DNA from: the human T2T-CHM13v2.0 reference genome, Homo sapiens
NCBI RefSeq assembly: GCF_009914755.1
Contig: NC_060930.1
Strand: one strand, 5' to 3'
Length of the DNA stretch: 64,000 bases
Every line of letters begins with the position of its first letter. Position 1 is the stretch's first letter. The notes under the pieces were generated by a model. The model saw only the letters and a program-made list of their open reading frames with translations, was not told the DNA's origin and did not search any database. Both the position numbers and the translations under genes were made by a program. Positions 1 through 15,837 of this stretch are shown here, in pieces.

Positions 1-2620
<2,620 letters not shown>

Positions 2621-2810
2621 TTTGTCTGTAACTTTTGTGTTACGTTTAGTCCTCTTCACTGTCAAACTCTCCCTTTTCCCTCAGCTTCCTTAACTCTTCC
2701 TCATTTTCTAAGGCTCTCTCTCAATTCAATCAAAGATCTGAGATCATCATTTACATTTTAAAACTCATTTATATTAGCATATTAATTCTCCTAGATTTAA
2801 TCCCTTTTTA

Positions 2811-4968
2811 TATTTCAACAAACGATTTATTAATGTTACGTTACAATGAGTGACAAAATATTTGTATCTAATTCTAGACATTGAGAGTTAGATTCTAGAA
2901 TGAATCGTTGGAATAGAAGAAAAATAACGATTTTGTTTTCTCATAATTGTAAAACTGTCGTCTTAGTCTAGGCACAGCTAGTGCAACATTTTCTTCAATC
3001 TCACGGGCTCCATTCCCTTTACTACTTGTAATACACTTGGGTCACTCACAGGAGAAAGACACTGTCAACATCAGTAGTTGGCAACATTTTCAAAATGCAT
3101 TTTGTTGTCTTAAAAGTTATGCTGTTATTTCAGTAATCTCATACAGTCTTATTTACTTCTGTGCATAAGATATGAGTTCTCAACATTCATGTAGGTGAAT
3201 ATTTCCCATGTTTTTTGAGGATTCCCAAAAGACTTCAGGAAGTTCCCAAAATAATTTCAAGTGTTTAATTTTTTCACAATAAAAGAAAGGAGCAATGTCA
3301 ATCCGTGAGAGTCAGACCAGCAGCTTAAGAAAGACCCTCTTCATAGCGCAGTTTCTGGTGCATGAAGAGACTAAATTAGCCTTCTTGCTCTCAGTTCTTA
3401 GAAGAATTTGAGAGGAATAAGAGCAATAACTACCTGTATCATTTCATAGCCTAAGAACAGAGAAAATAGATGTCAAAAAGATAGATGTTAAAAAAACAGA
3501 AGCCAATTCCTTTCATCCTAGGATGTCTGAAAAGGAGAGATTCTATGGAGCATGGGTGCAGAAAAGAAGGAGTTATGCCTATGAGAAAAAATAAACTCTG
3601 GGCACAATCACTCAAGGCCAGAGAAACAACCACTAAGAGCAATTAGCATCAGTTTCATTGTCACCAGGAGGGCACATACCTGAGAACCTGGGACAAAGCC
3701 TGGGACAGAGCCTTTAGCATTCTTAGGCTTACTGGTGCTGTGGTTCAACAGTCTTTGACGGAATGGAGAGAACCAGAGACCACCACCATTATGTGTAAAA
3801 AGGATACTATTGCAACAACAAGGCTGCAAAAATCAGCTACAGTTTAGGTTGTACACCATTTGAAATCCACCCTGTACTCATTTGAATCCACTTGCTTTCT
3901 TGTGAAGGGCTTGAGAAGTGCAGAGACACCTTAAACATGTGAAGGTGACTCTTTTGAAAGGCAGAAGAGGAACTCTTCATGAACTCTTTCTACTCATTAG
4001 TTTTCCTATCACTTCACCATTAAAACTAGAAAAGAAGCTGCAAGCTATCTCAGCTAGCTTCTTATTTGGACACAATACCAATACTATAGACACAACTGAA
4101 TGAATGACCAAATCTTCCTGATTCTTCCATTGCACAGGGTCAATATGTGTCTTCGACTAAATAGCTGTGATCTTGTTCAAAAAAAGCATGTAAACACAGG
4201 GCTTGATTTTGTTAGCCTCTATCCCAGAAAATTCGTTGATCACTCCTTGGCTTTTGTATAATTCAGTGACTGGCTTTGCCACATCTTTGTACTGTCTTAG
4301 CCTTGCAGCAACTGCTTTGGGTTTATCATCCTCATGCTGGGCTAATGGTTCACCAGCGATGTCATCAATTCCACATATACGAGGTGGATTAAATTCCAGG
4401 TTATATACCCTTCCGCTAGGAGAGGATCTTTAAGTGTTTCAAATGGAATGTTTAACGTGATCACTAGATTCACTTCACAGATTTTGTCCAGGACATCAGC
4501 TTGCCCTGATGTCCTAGGAAAGCCATCTAGGAGGCAGTGCTGCCACATCTATTCTCCAACTCCAACATCATTAGGCATGTGATCACAGGTCTGGAACCAA
4601 AAGACCTTTCTCTATGTACTGCTTGGCCATGTCACCAACTCTGGTGTTGGCCTTGATGTTCTCCCGCAAGCAGTGGCTACTAGAGAAATGTTGGAGGCCT
4701 AAGTTCTGGGCAATCCTCTCGCACAAGGTGCCCTTGCCCTAGGCAAGCAGCAAGAGGATGACTGCATAGGAGTCTGGAAGCCATTGCCTTTGCTAGGAGG
4801 GGGTGGCCAAATGCACAGCCCAGATAGCAGTCCCAGAGGGAGCCCCAGAGAGTTTTGTTTCTTGGCTTCTACCTCTGGCACCTTCTGCTCACACTGGGAC
4901 TTGCCAGCCTTCCGCCCTTTGGCAGGAGGCAGAACTCCAGGAGGCCACCAACAGACCCTGCAGGGTGA
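2811..4968 (-). pseudogene. Processed pseudogene of adenylate kinase 4 (AK4-like; CDS remnant 4784->4140 plus 5' and 3' UTR)
   Basis: Minus strand: ATG at 4784 (MASRLL.., AK4 MASKLL), GKGT P-loop remnant, RENIKA, LLDGFPRT..LDKICEV.LVI.LNIPFETLKD, EDDKP.AVAARLRQYKDVAKPV, stop TGA at 4142-4140. It is intronless with frameshifts and a deletion of the RLSRRWIH segment. The downstream ~1.3 kb resembles the AK4 3'UTR as recalled, ending at AATAAA (2831-2826). Confidence 0.93.
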
Positions 4969-5220
4969 CCTTTTATTTTCAATTCTTAAAGAGATTTCAG
5001 AAAATTAGGGCAGGTATGGTAGGTAATTTTGTAAGAGTAGAGATGCCTTTTTCTTAGGCATAAAATCACACTGTAGGAGCACCTGATACTCCAAGGATTC
5101 AAACCAAATCCTCTTTCTCCTCACAATAATGTAAGCAACAAGGCAAAATTAAATAGGCAGAGATTAATTTACTCTTGAAGGAGAAGAATAAAAGAGTCTC
5201 TTGCCTGACCCAGGCATATG

Positions 5221-5228
5221 TATACACA

Positions 5229-5270
<42 letters not shown>
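5221..5270. repeat. (CA)n microsatellite
   Basis: Direct reading. Confidence 0.95.
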
Positions 5271-5271
<1 letters not shown>

Positions 5272-5984
5272 GTTTCTATTGCTGAGTGCCTTTAAAACCT
5301 TAGTTATCGCCAACCCTCCGATTCTCAGAACTAGTAGTACGCAGGAGAAGGCAAGAACTGAGGACAAATGTCCCAAAATCCCAAAAAGAGTATGACCAAA
5401 GAGACTGACAAGATAGAAATGCAGAAATAAATTCAGGGGAGCCTAAACTAAGAAGAAGGTGGGGAAAGTGTCAAAAGCTTGTGAATCCTAGCTACTGGAG
5501 TACAGGCTGTTTGGCATTTAAAATAGGTGTTTGTGATGGATAATGATAAATATGGGGTATTAGAAAAACATTATTAATGTTTATTTGAGATATTGAAAAT
5601 TAGTAAAATTAAATGAGCAAGATTGTAAATAAGGTTGAGCATATAAAGGAATTCTAATTACCTTTAGGGTTAGTCTATTTACCCTAACCTTAACCCTAAC
5701 TGTTTTTGCGAGCTGCTTACAAAATCAGAAAATCATTTATGTGAGCTGCTTACAAAATTATTTATGTAAGCTGCTTACAGTTTTAGAAATAATGGTATAT
5801 GGCTATGCGGCATAATAATGCTTGCATGTATCAAGTTAACCTGTGTTTTTTGTGTGTGATTTCAAGAGGAAATCCTATTTGTGCATGCTCTATGTAATTT
5901 ATTATTCATGTAACATGGCTCTTTACTCACCAAATGAAGAAGCATAGCAGAAATTCCTCAGAACTTATTTAAACACAGAAGTAA

Positions 5985-6200
5985 TATATCTGTAATGCTG
6001 GGCATTGTTCTGAACATTATATAAGTATTAGCTGATTTAGTCCTTACAACAACAATCTTCTGTTGTACTATTAATCCCATTTTATACCTAAGAAAATGAG
6101 GCATAAAGAGGTTAAATTACATAGACAAAGCAAAACAATGAGTTAATGGTGGTGAAAAGAGTATTTGAACCCAGGCAGCTTGTCTTTGGTATCTTTGCAC
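5985..6200 (-). mobile_element. MIR SINE remnant
   Basis: CCCATTTTATAC..AAGAAAATGAGGCATAAAGAGGTTAAAT..TTTGAACCCAGGCAG matches the MIR core; boundaries approximate. Confidence 0.7.
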
Positions 6201-7108
6201 TGCTGTAAGGTTGAAGTGTCTCTGGATTGAACGAAGTATCTGGTTCCTTTGTCCTCAATGAGGTAGAATCAGCAATTGGAGGTAGGAAATGGGTTGCTCT
6301 AGAACTGAACATCAGCTGAACATCAGGGTGGCTCAACAGAAAGAAAGGAGACAAAAGTAATGTAATAAAAGCCAACAGATTTCAAAACAATCAAAGTATT
6401 CTAGAATCAATTTTTGTACATTTCTCTTCTGTAGAAAGAGTTAATTACTACTGGGAAATTTTGGGTGTTATTTAATAGTTACAAGGCTGTTTCTAAGAGA
6501 AAAGGCTTGAAATCCCATTAGGTAAGTCAATCCAAGTTATTCTTTAGCTGTCTTTAGTCCAAAAACACTTTATCACAAAATAAAACAGTAATAACCATGC
6601 ATACTAGTGACCCTGAGTCAACAAGAACCTTCCCCCACACACATATAAACAAACACACACACGAATATGTACACATTTATACAAGTTAAGACATGAAAGA
6701 AGTATGTGATCCACTTTAAACTATTTCCGTTAATATCAAGTCAAAGAAATTGATGTTTTGATGCATCTTTGGGTAAACATAATGAATGTGAAATTCCTGA
6801 TTCCTTCTATGTGACCCTCTGAACTGAATGTTTATAAAGCATAATATAAAATATTTTAGTCTAATAAATTCACCTGCACCAATCTATTCAACTTCAAAAA
6901 CTATTGTCTACTATTCTTTCATCATCTGTACCTCTATCCCCACTCTACCCCTCCTTGATTATTATTATTTATAGTTTTTCTTATATACATTGTATATATA
7001 CATTGAATGAAATATATACACATACACACACACACACACACTGATAGAAATGTGCAAATCTTAGCAGCACAGTTTTGACTAATGCATATACACACGAAAC
7101 CCACATAC

Positions 7109-7404
7109 TTTTTTTTTTTTTTGAAACAGGGTCTCACTCTGTCGTCCAGGCTAGAGTGCAGTGGCGTGGTCTCGGCTCACTGCAGCCTCTGCCTCCTGGG
7201 TTCAAGGGATTCTCGTGCCTCAGCCTTCTAAGTAGCTGAGACTACAGGCATGCACCACCACACCCGGCTAAGTTTTGTTTTTTTAGTAGAGACAGGGTTT
7301 CACCATGTTGCCCAGGCTGGTTTTGAACTCCTGACCTCAAGTGTTCCGCCTGCCTAGGCCTCCCAAAGTGCTGGGATTACAGGCCTGAGCCACCATGCCC
7401 AGCC
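7109..7404 (-). mobile_element. AluS element inside an old L1M 3' fragment
   Basis: Antisense Alu dimer; TSD CCACATACTT at 7101-7110 and 7405-7414. Confidence 0.95.
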
Positions 7405-7470
7405 CCACATACTTATTATAATATAGAAGATTTCACCAGAAAGTTCCTTTGTGTTATTTCCTCCATCTCT

Positions 7471-8288
<818 letters not shown>

Positions 8289-9466
8289 AATCCCTGCTAT
8301 CTCTGCTCTGATTTTTTCCTTATGATTAAATTTGCCTACTTTTGAATGTCATATAAATAGAATCATACTATGTTTTATTAAAAATAAAATTATGTAATTT
8401 AATTCTATTCTTAATAGTTTGAGCTTTTCCCTGAAATTTTTCTAATGAAATTTTTTGCTCACTGAATTGCAAAAGAGCAGCAACCAATGGAAAAGCACCT
8501 CTTAATTGCCCAGCAATTTCTTATTTGAGTGTGCATATATGTACACTCAAATGTGTATGTGTTTAATTATTTAGACTTTTAAACATATTTTCTTTTTCTT
8601 TAAGAGAAACAATTTATTTAAATCTGTAGGAATGACTCTTTTGAGATGTCTCACATAACCTGGTTTCCATGAGGACCTATCTCAGGGCCTTGAACCTAGC
8701 AGGTGTTCAGTAAATATACAGTAAATAAATACGTAACTAAATCAATCAGTTATTGCCATCAATTCTGATTGCCTGAGTGAAAGAGGTTCAGACTGTGTGA
8801 TCCTTCCTACTTGATCTGCATTTTGTCACTCACACTTCCTAAACTTTCACCTATGTTACAAATCCTACAGGTAGGTGTCCAACAGGGCCAGCCTGAGCCT
8901 TCTGTAGCAATGAAAAGCAGCTAGGACCGTGTCTTGCATCATTGTGGACTTAAAGCACATACCCTACTTAACACCTGCAGGCTTTGGCTGGTAATTCTGT
9001 CCCCAGGAATGTCAAGACTAAGTCACAAAGATGTACAGAAGACAATGCCTCTTTTCTGAATACAATCTCTCTTTTACCAACCTCTCTGAATAATACTGTT
9101 ACTCGTTTAGGAAAGAATATGTGATGTGTAATTCCAAACATAGAAAAATGTAGATGCATTTTATCTACAGCCAGTATACTGTGTGAAGACTATTCTATAA
9201 TGAAAATTTTGAAAGAAGACTCTAGTCTGTTGCTTAGATGGTATGGAATTATAGAATCTGGCATTAGCGATGATAACTTCTTGGTAGTCCTTGGGCCATC
9301 TTTTCTCACACATTTGGGAGACTAGGTCAAATAGAAATGTTTATATTCAGTTACAGATGAATCATGAATTCAAAACATTGGGAAGATGGGCTTCCATAGT
9401 CATTCTTAGAAAGCCAAGTTCACCTTGTTCTCTTGTGCTGATTTTAAAAAATCTTTTTTTTTAATG

Positions 9467-9520
<54 letters not shown>

Positions 9521-9530
9521 AGAGAGAGAC
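9467..9530. repeat. (TG)n(AG)n compound microsatellite
   Basis: Direct reading; sits at the tail of an antisense Alu monomer. Confidence 0.95.
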
Positions 9531-9636
9531 AATATTTTGCTATGTTGCCCAGGCTAATCTTGAACTCCAGGCCTCAAGTGATCCTTTCAGCCTCTAAAGT
9601 GCTTGGATTACAGGTATGAGCCACCACACCCAGCCC
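9520..9636 (-). mobile_element. Alu left monomer (FLAM-like)
   Basis: TTGCTATGTTGCCCAGGCT..TCTTGAACTCC..GGATTACAGGTATGAGCCACCACACCCAGCC. Confidence 0.8.
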
Positions 9637-9687
9637 TATACCTTTTCAAAAATATGTTTATCTTTCTTTTATTAAACAAAATTTAGG

Positions 9688-9958
9688 CTTGTAATCTCAG
9701 CACTTTTGCAGGCCGAGGCCAGAGGATTGCTTGAGGTCAGGAGTTCGAGAACAGCCTGGGTGACATGGCGAAACCCGGTCTCTACCACAAATACAAAAAT
9801 TAGCCAGGCGCAGTGGTGCATGCCTGTAATCCCAGCTACTGGGCAGGCTGAGACATGAGAATTGCTTGAACCCAGAAGGCGGAGATTGCAGTGGGCCAAG
9901 ATTGTTCCACAGCACTCCAGCCTGGGCAGCAAAGTGAGACTGTCTCAGAAAAAAAAAA
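9688..9958 (+). mobile_element. Alu (AluJ/S), slightly 5'-truncated
   Basis: TGTAATCTCAGCACTTT..GGTCAGGAGTTCGAG..CTGTCTC plus A-tail. Confidence 0.93.
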
Positions 9959-10715
9959 TTATATAGCTAAAAGTGGTTCATACTCACTGAAGCCGTCGCT
10001 AGGAGAGTGGAATGCCGAAAGCAGATAACCAAGATGTAAATTCTTAAGACTCCAAATATGATGGGACATGCCAAAAAGACAAAAGAGCCAACTTGAAGGG
10101 GTTCCCATTGACTAAATCTGGGACAATTGGAACAAAAAAAAATAATGATGATAGTTATAATCCATGAATAAAATAAGAATCCATGCTGATATAAATAAAT
10201 CGTTGAACAAATACATAAATGAAGGATTATGAAAAGCCATGTTTTAAAGTAGAATTCTTAGTAACATGCACAGATTGATGGAAATAGAAAAATCATTATT
10301 TGGCAAACACCACAGTAATAATTGTTTTAAGATCAAGATTCATCAATGCGTGATAAAATTAGTTCCTGAAAGTATTTACACAGTGTCGAAGAATCTTCCT
10401 GCAAGACAATTAGTTACAAGGAGAAAAATAGTAACTTTACAGTAGAGAAACCAGGCAGATACCACTTTAACCAAATGATCAGTTAGTCTCAAAGCTGAAG
10501 AAACACATTGATACCATGTGTCTTCTAATAAGCCCCAAGGAAGAGGACACAAAATCATTTCTGTTGTATTCTTGCTAAAAAATGCATAACCTGAATTTAA
10601 TCGTAAGCAAACATCAACAAGCCCAAGTGAGGGATATCCTACAAAACAACAGGCCTGTACTCCTCATAAATGTCAAGGTCTTGAAAAGCAAAGGTAGACA
10701 CAGAAATTATCTGGA

Positions 10716-11222
10716 TCAGTGCTTTAGAACTTTAGTATATATCATAAACACCTGGGACAGCTTGTTAAAAACACAGATTGCTGGCTGGGCGTGATGGCTC
10801 ACACCTATAATCCTGGCACTTTGAGAGGCTGAGGTGGGAGGACTGCTTGAGTCCAGGAGTTCTAGACCAGCCTGGGTAACACAACATAGTGAGACCCCAT
10901 CTCTAAAAAATTTTTTTTTTTTAGTTAGCAGGGTGTGGGGATGTGAGCCTATAGTCCTAGCTACTCAGGAAGCTGAAGGTGGAGGATCCTTGAGCCCAGC
11001 AGTTTGAGACTGCAGTGAGCTAAGATCCCACTACTGCATTCCAGACTGGACAACAGTGCCAAACCCTGTCTCAAAAGACAAAACAAACAAAACACAGATT
11101 GCGAACCCCCCAATCCCCACTCAGAGTTTCTAATTAGTAGGTCTGAAAATCTGCATGTCTAACAAGTTCCTAGGTGACAACACATGCTGGTGAGCTGGGG
11201 ATCCCCCTCTTTGAGAACCAGT
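10716..11222 (+). mobile_element. MER5-type hAT-Charlie MITE split by AluJ
   Basis: CAGTG..CACCTGGG..CTTGTTAAAAACACAGATTGC / CAGAGTTTCTAATTAGTAGGTCTG..AATCTGCATGTCTAACAAGTTCC..TTTGAGAACCAGTG. Confidence 0.75.
10783..11088 (+). mobile_element. AluJ element
   Basis: Diverged Alu dimer; TSD AAAACACAGATTGC on both sides. Confidence 0.92.
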
Positions 11223-11229
11223 GTTCTAG

Positions 11230-11436
11230 AATGTGCAAGCTATGGCCCATCAGCTACGTTCAACCTGTCAATTGTTTTTCTAAATAGAATTGTACTGGAA
11301 CATAGCCACACCCGTTTATGTATACTCTATGGCTACTTTTAGCCAAGTTGAGTAGTTCTCGTAGAGACTGTCTGCCCTAAAGAACACACAAAAATATTTA
11401 CTATCTGGCCCTTTATAGAACAAGTGTGCTGAACTG
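11230..11436 (+). mobile_element. MER58A-like hAT-Charlie MITE
   Basis: CAAGCTATGGCCC..TACTGGAACATAGCCACACCCGTTT..AAAATATTTACTATCTGGCCCTTTATAGAA. Confidence 0.75.
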
Positions 11437-11642
11437 TGTGTTCTATAATCTAGATTAACTAAGCAACATGACAATGTATGTGTGATCCTGTCTTGAATTA
11501 GAACCTATATAAGAAAAAAGGATATTTAATGAGACAATTGTCAAAATTTGAATAAGGTCTGTAGACTAAATAATAAATTTTATCAATATTACTTTTCTGG
11601 TTTTGGTCATCATACTATGATTATATAAGAAATTAACATTTC

Positions 11643-11953
<311 letters not shown>

Positions 11954-12385
11954 AAGAAATTAACATTTTTAGAACCTGGATGAAGAGTATATGGGAATTG
12001 TTTGTACAATTTTTATAATTTTGTGTAAGTATAAACTTATTCTGAAATGAACGTTTAGAAAAAACCTAAAACAGAAAAAAAAAACAATTTTTGTCCCTTA
12101 TAAGATTATATTACATAGGTAATTGGGCTGAAACTGTGTTAACAAAGTGTACTTGAGCTATGAATGATTAGTTACCTCAATCTGAATTGCTCCCTGAATA
12201 GTGAGGAAAATTACACTAATCCCCCAGTTACAGAACAAGCTTCAATCTATGGCTAAGTAATTGATTTTGACTTTTACCCAGATGTAGGAGACATTCTCTC
12301 TGCATTTCAGAAAAAAGAAGCAGTTGACACCCAATTGACCTCTCAACCACAGCTCTTGGTCAGGAGATATTGCTTGTCAGGAGCA

Positions 12386-12424
<39 letters not shown>

Positions 12425-12558
12425 TACACACACACACACACACATATATATATGCACTATATATATACACACACACATACATATATGTGTATATGTATAT
12501 ATATGTGGTATGTGTGTATATCACATATATATGTATACACACACAGACATATATATAT
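12386..12558. repeat. Complex (TA)n/(CA)n/(TG)n microsatellite
   Basis: Direct reading. Confidence 0.95.
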
Positions 12559-12565
12559 GCAGGAG

Positions 12566-13421
12566 GATAGAAAAGAAGTGGGTAGAATTCACATCTATTC
12601 TAAAATTAGCTCACAGAAATATGCAGGAGCAGAACTGTACCTGACTGGCTCATAGTAAACATTTTCTATTATCAATTGCTCTCATTGATACTATCATTGT
12701 GCTTGATTTTGTTGTAATGAAACTCCCAGATTGTCAGCTAGTGTCTTTGTAAGGACCAAAGAGGTACTGTTTGGGACACATATCAAGGTGTGCCTACTTC
12801 AGGCAACTGAGCAACATGGAGATTCTGGAGTGGGGAAAAATTTCAGCTTCAAGTACACCTTGTTACCCACAGACTTCTCTGTAATCCATTCTTGTGTTCT
12901 TTTCCCACTTCCTCTAGCAGACAGATGGCAAAGAGGAATTCATTCTAATTTTCTTTTTTCCTCTAGCCCAGACCTTTTAAACTTGGTGCAGATTCTTTCT
13001 GGGAAACAAACAGATCTGTGATTTGTCTGGATTAAGTAAATAGCTTCAACAATTTCTAATCTCACATAATTTAAAAATAACAAATTTCTTTTAAAAGAAG
13101 CAGGGCAATGTGCAATTTTTCCCCTTTTACATGACTTTTTGCTTTTAGTTTGCACTAGCAATTTCTTCACTGAGGTCTCAGGCCTTGTACTTAGGCCTGC
13201 CATAGGCACTGAGCTCAAGGAAAAGCTCTTTTGAGGAATAATGGAGCTCCCACTGCTCCTGCACATGCTCCCTCCTCAGGAAACTCAGAGTTCTCTTTCC
13301 TCCTGATGAGGCTTGGTGGGTGACCTGGTGCTGAGTTTCTGCCCTCTTGAAATTTTATGACCAGTGATAGAAAAGAAGTGGGTAGAATTCACATCTATTC
13401 TAAAATTAGCTCACAGAAATA
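12566..13421 (+). repeat. Exact 56-bp dispersed direct repeat (12566-12621 = 13366-13421)
   Basis: GATAGAAAAGAAGTGGGTAGAATTCACATCTATTCTAAAATTAGCTCACAGAAATA is present twice, 800 bp apart. Confidence 0.97.
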
Positions 13422-13809
13422 AGTTGGGGAAAGCTGGTGAAGTCTCTAGACGCATATTCCACCCGCTACAACCTTATTTCTCTTAGATAGATTCCTACTA
13501 ATTCCCCTTTTGCACATTTTCTTTAGTCCTTACAATATTAATACTAATGTCAGGTAGGCATCAGTATCCTCATTTTCTAGGTAAGGAAATGAAAGCTTAG
13601 GGATAAATAATTTGCCTTGGAATATATAGCTTGTAATTCTCAGCTTGTTCATATCTAGCTTATTTTTGCTTCATTTATTTATCAGAGATTGCAGGTAATA
13701 TAACAGGAGCACTCTTATGCTTACTGAACAAGGTCTATAAGGAAAGCCTTTCTAATCATCCAACTCTGTTTTCAAATTCCCTTTTCCACACAGATCAAAA
13801 CTTATAACA

Positions 13810-13811
<2 letters not shown>

Positions 13812-13842
<31 letters not shown>
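13812..13842. repeat. (CA)n microsatellite
   Basis: Direct reading. Confidence 0.95.
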
Positions 13843-13843
<1 letters not shown>

Positions 13844-15501
13844 CTTATGCAATAAATGATGCCAATACCAGCTCCTCCACACCCCAAAGATTTAGGGAAA
13901 GTCTAACTTTGAGCCTCAGCAGCCCCTTCTTCCAAATTCACACTTTCTCCCATGACAGTCTCACTCATCTAAGCTTTTCTTTAGAAGAAAAAGCATCCTG
14001 CCATGTGGCTAAGGGCAGGGGCTGTGTTTTGGTAGAGAGGAGCAGAGATAACCTTTTATCCCAAGAGTGGGTGCTTTTGTTTGGTGGGAGAGTTGGCTGG
14101 CTGACTGCTCCATGTCCACTTTGACCTGATATGGAACTTGCAAGCCTTGGAAGCTGTCAAGGGTGCCAAACAGTTGCAACTTCTTTGTTGGATCAAGGGT
14201 ATATCCACATTTCACAAGGGAGTACTATATTGCATTTCAAAATAATTTTCTCAACAAACTTATTTTTTTGTCTATTAATTTTAATTTTTAAAAGTAAATG
14301 TAGGGATTGAGGATGTTGTGGTGTGATAATGGCAATGTGGTTATTTAAGAAAATATAAGTTTTTAAAGAGATGTATACTGAAATGTGTATGGATGAAATG
14401 TTGTATTAGCTTTAGCATACTCTAGCAACAATAGCAATGAAAAAACCAGACAAAGCAAGTAGGAAAAAATCTTGATAATCACTGACTCTGGTTGTTGGAT
14501 AAATTGGGGTTAATTTTACTGTTGGTTCTACTTTTGTCTATATTTTTGACATTTTTCATACTAATAATTTAAAAGAAAATGTGAAAGTGTGAGCCTGTAA
14601 GAAGATGTGTAGAGAAGGCAACAGTGTCATTTCCAACTTCTACTTTTTTGAGTATGTTTATTTTATTCTTTATAATAGAAATGTGAACTTACTCTCTGAG
14701 TCTCAGTTTTATTCATCACTTGTTTTACAGTCACCTATATTTTTAGAAAGTGGTAAATGGGTCGTGAAATCCAACAAACAATGAGAAGGAGTGTAATTTC
14801 TAAAAGATTGAAACCCTTTATTTGGGTCTCTGTCCTGTTGCTTAGAGCAGAAGTTAAAGTAGTTGTTTAAGCATTAAATAAAAAGCAGATGTTTACGTAA
14901 AAAAGAACAACTAAAAACAGGTATAAGAAACACTTTGGTGTTTATTATAAGTGATATAATAATAAATAATGACATGATACATAAGAGTATACAACATTAA
15001 CAAAAATTATTTTAACAGAATATTATAAATATTGATGATAATCCTGTAGGTTATTATAATTTTCAATATAAAACATATAATAAATATTGATATCCCACCG
15101 TCATGTTGATAGCTCTGTGGACAATTAAGGAAGCCGCAGTAAGCCTTGTGATCCCCAGCCTTCTTTCAGGTGATGTATTAAGTCAGATTAAGCTGGGTTA
15201 TGCTGTGGTAACAAATCTCGCTTGCTTACCCAAGATCTGTGTCTTTCATGTTACAAGAGCTTGTGAAATAGACATCAAAGCAAGTATGTTTCAGGTTGCC
15301 ACTGCAGAGGAGGAGAGAACTGGAGGGTCATTTGTCCCGAAGTAGGATGTATTCCTTTTACGTATTTGCCCACGGCTATTCAGTGAGCAGTAAATGTCTC
15401 TGCCACAGGTGGGTATATGACAAATGTAGCCCCACCCTAGATCTGAATCTGCTATCACTTCTGGCTGGGAAAATCCAAAAAGGCTTGGGAAAGAAGTATT
15501 G

Positions 15502-15837
<336 letters not shown>

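Noticed and set aside
4342-4548. AK4-like ORF as a functional gene
   Set aside because: Only a fragment; frameshifts near the P-loop and a deletion at the start of the LID region
12335-12655. Y/I/H/T-rich ORFs (also 33707-34037 and 5164-5395)
   Set aside because: Translations of TA/CA microsatellites
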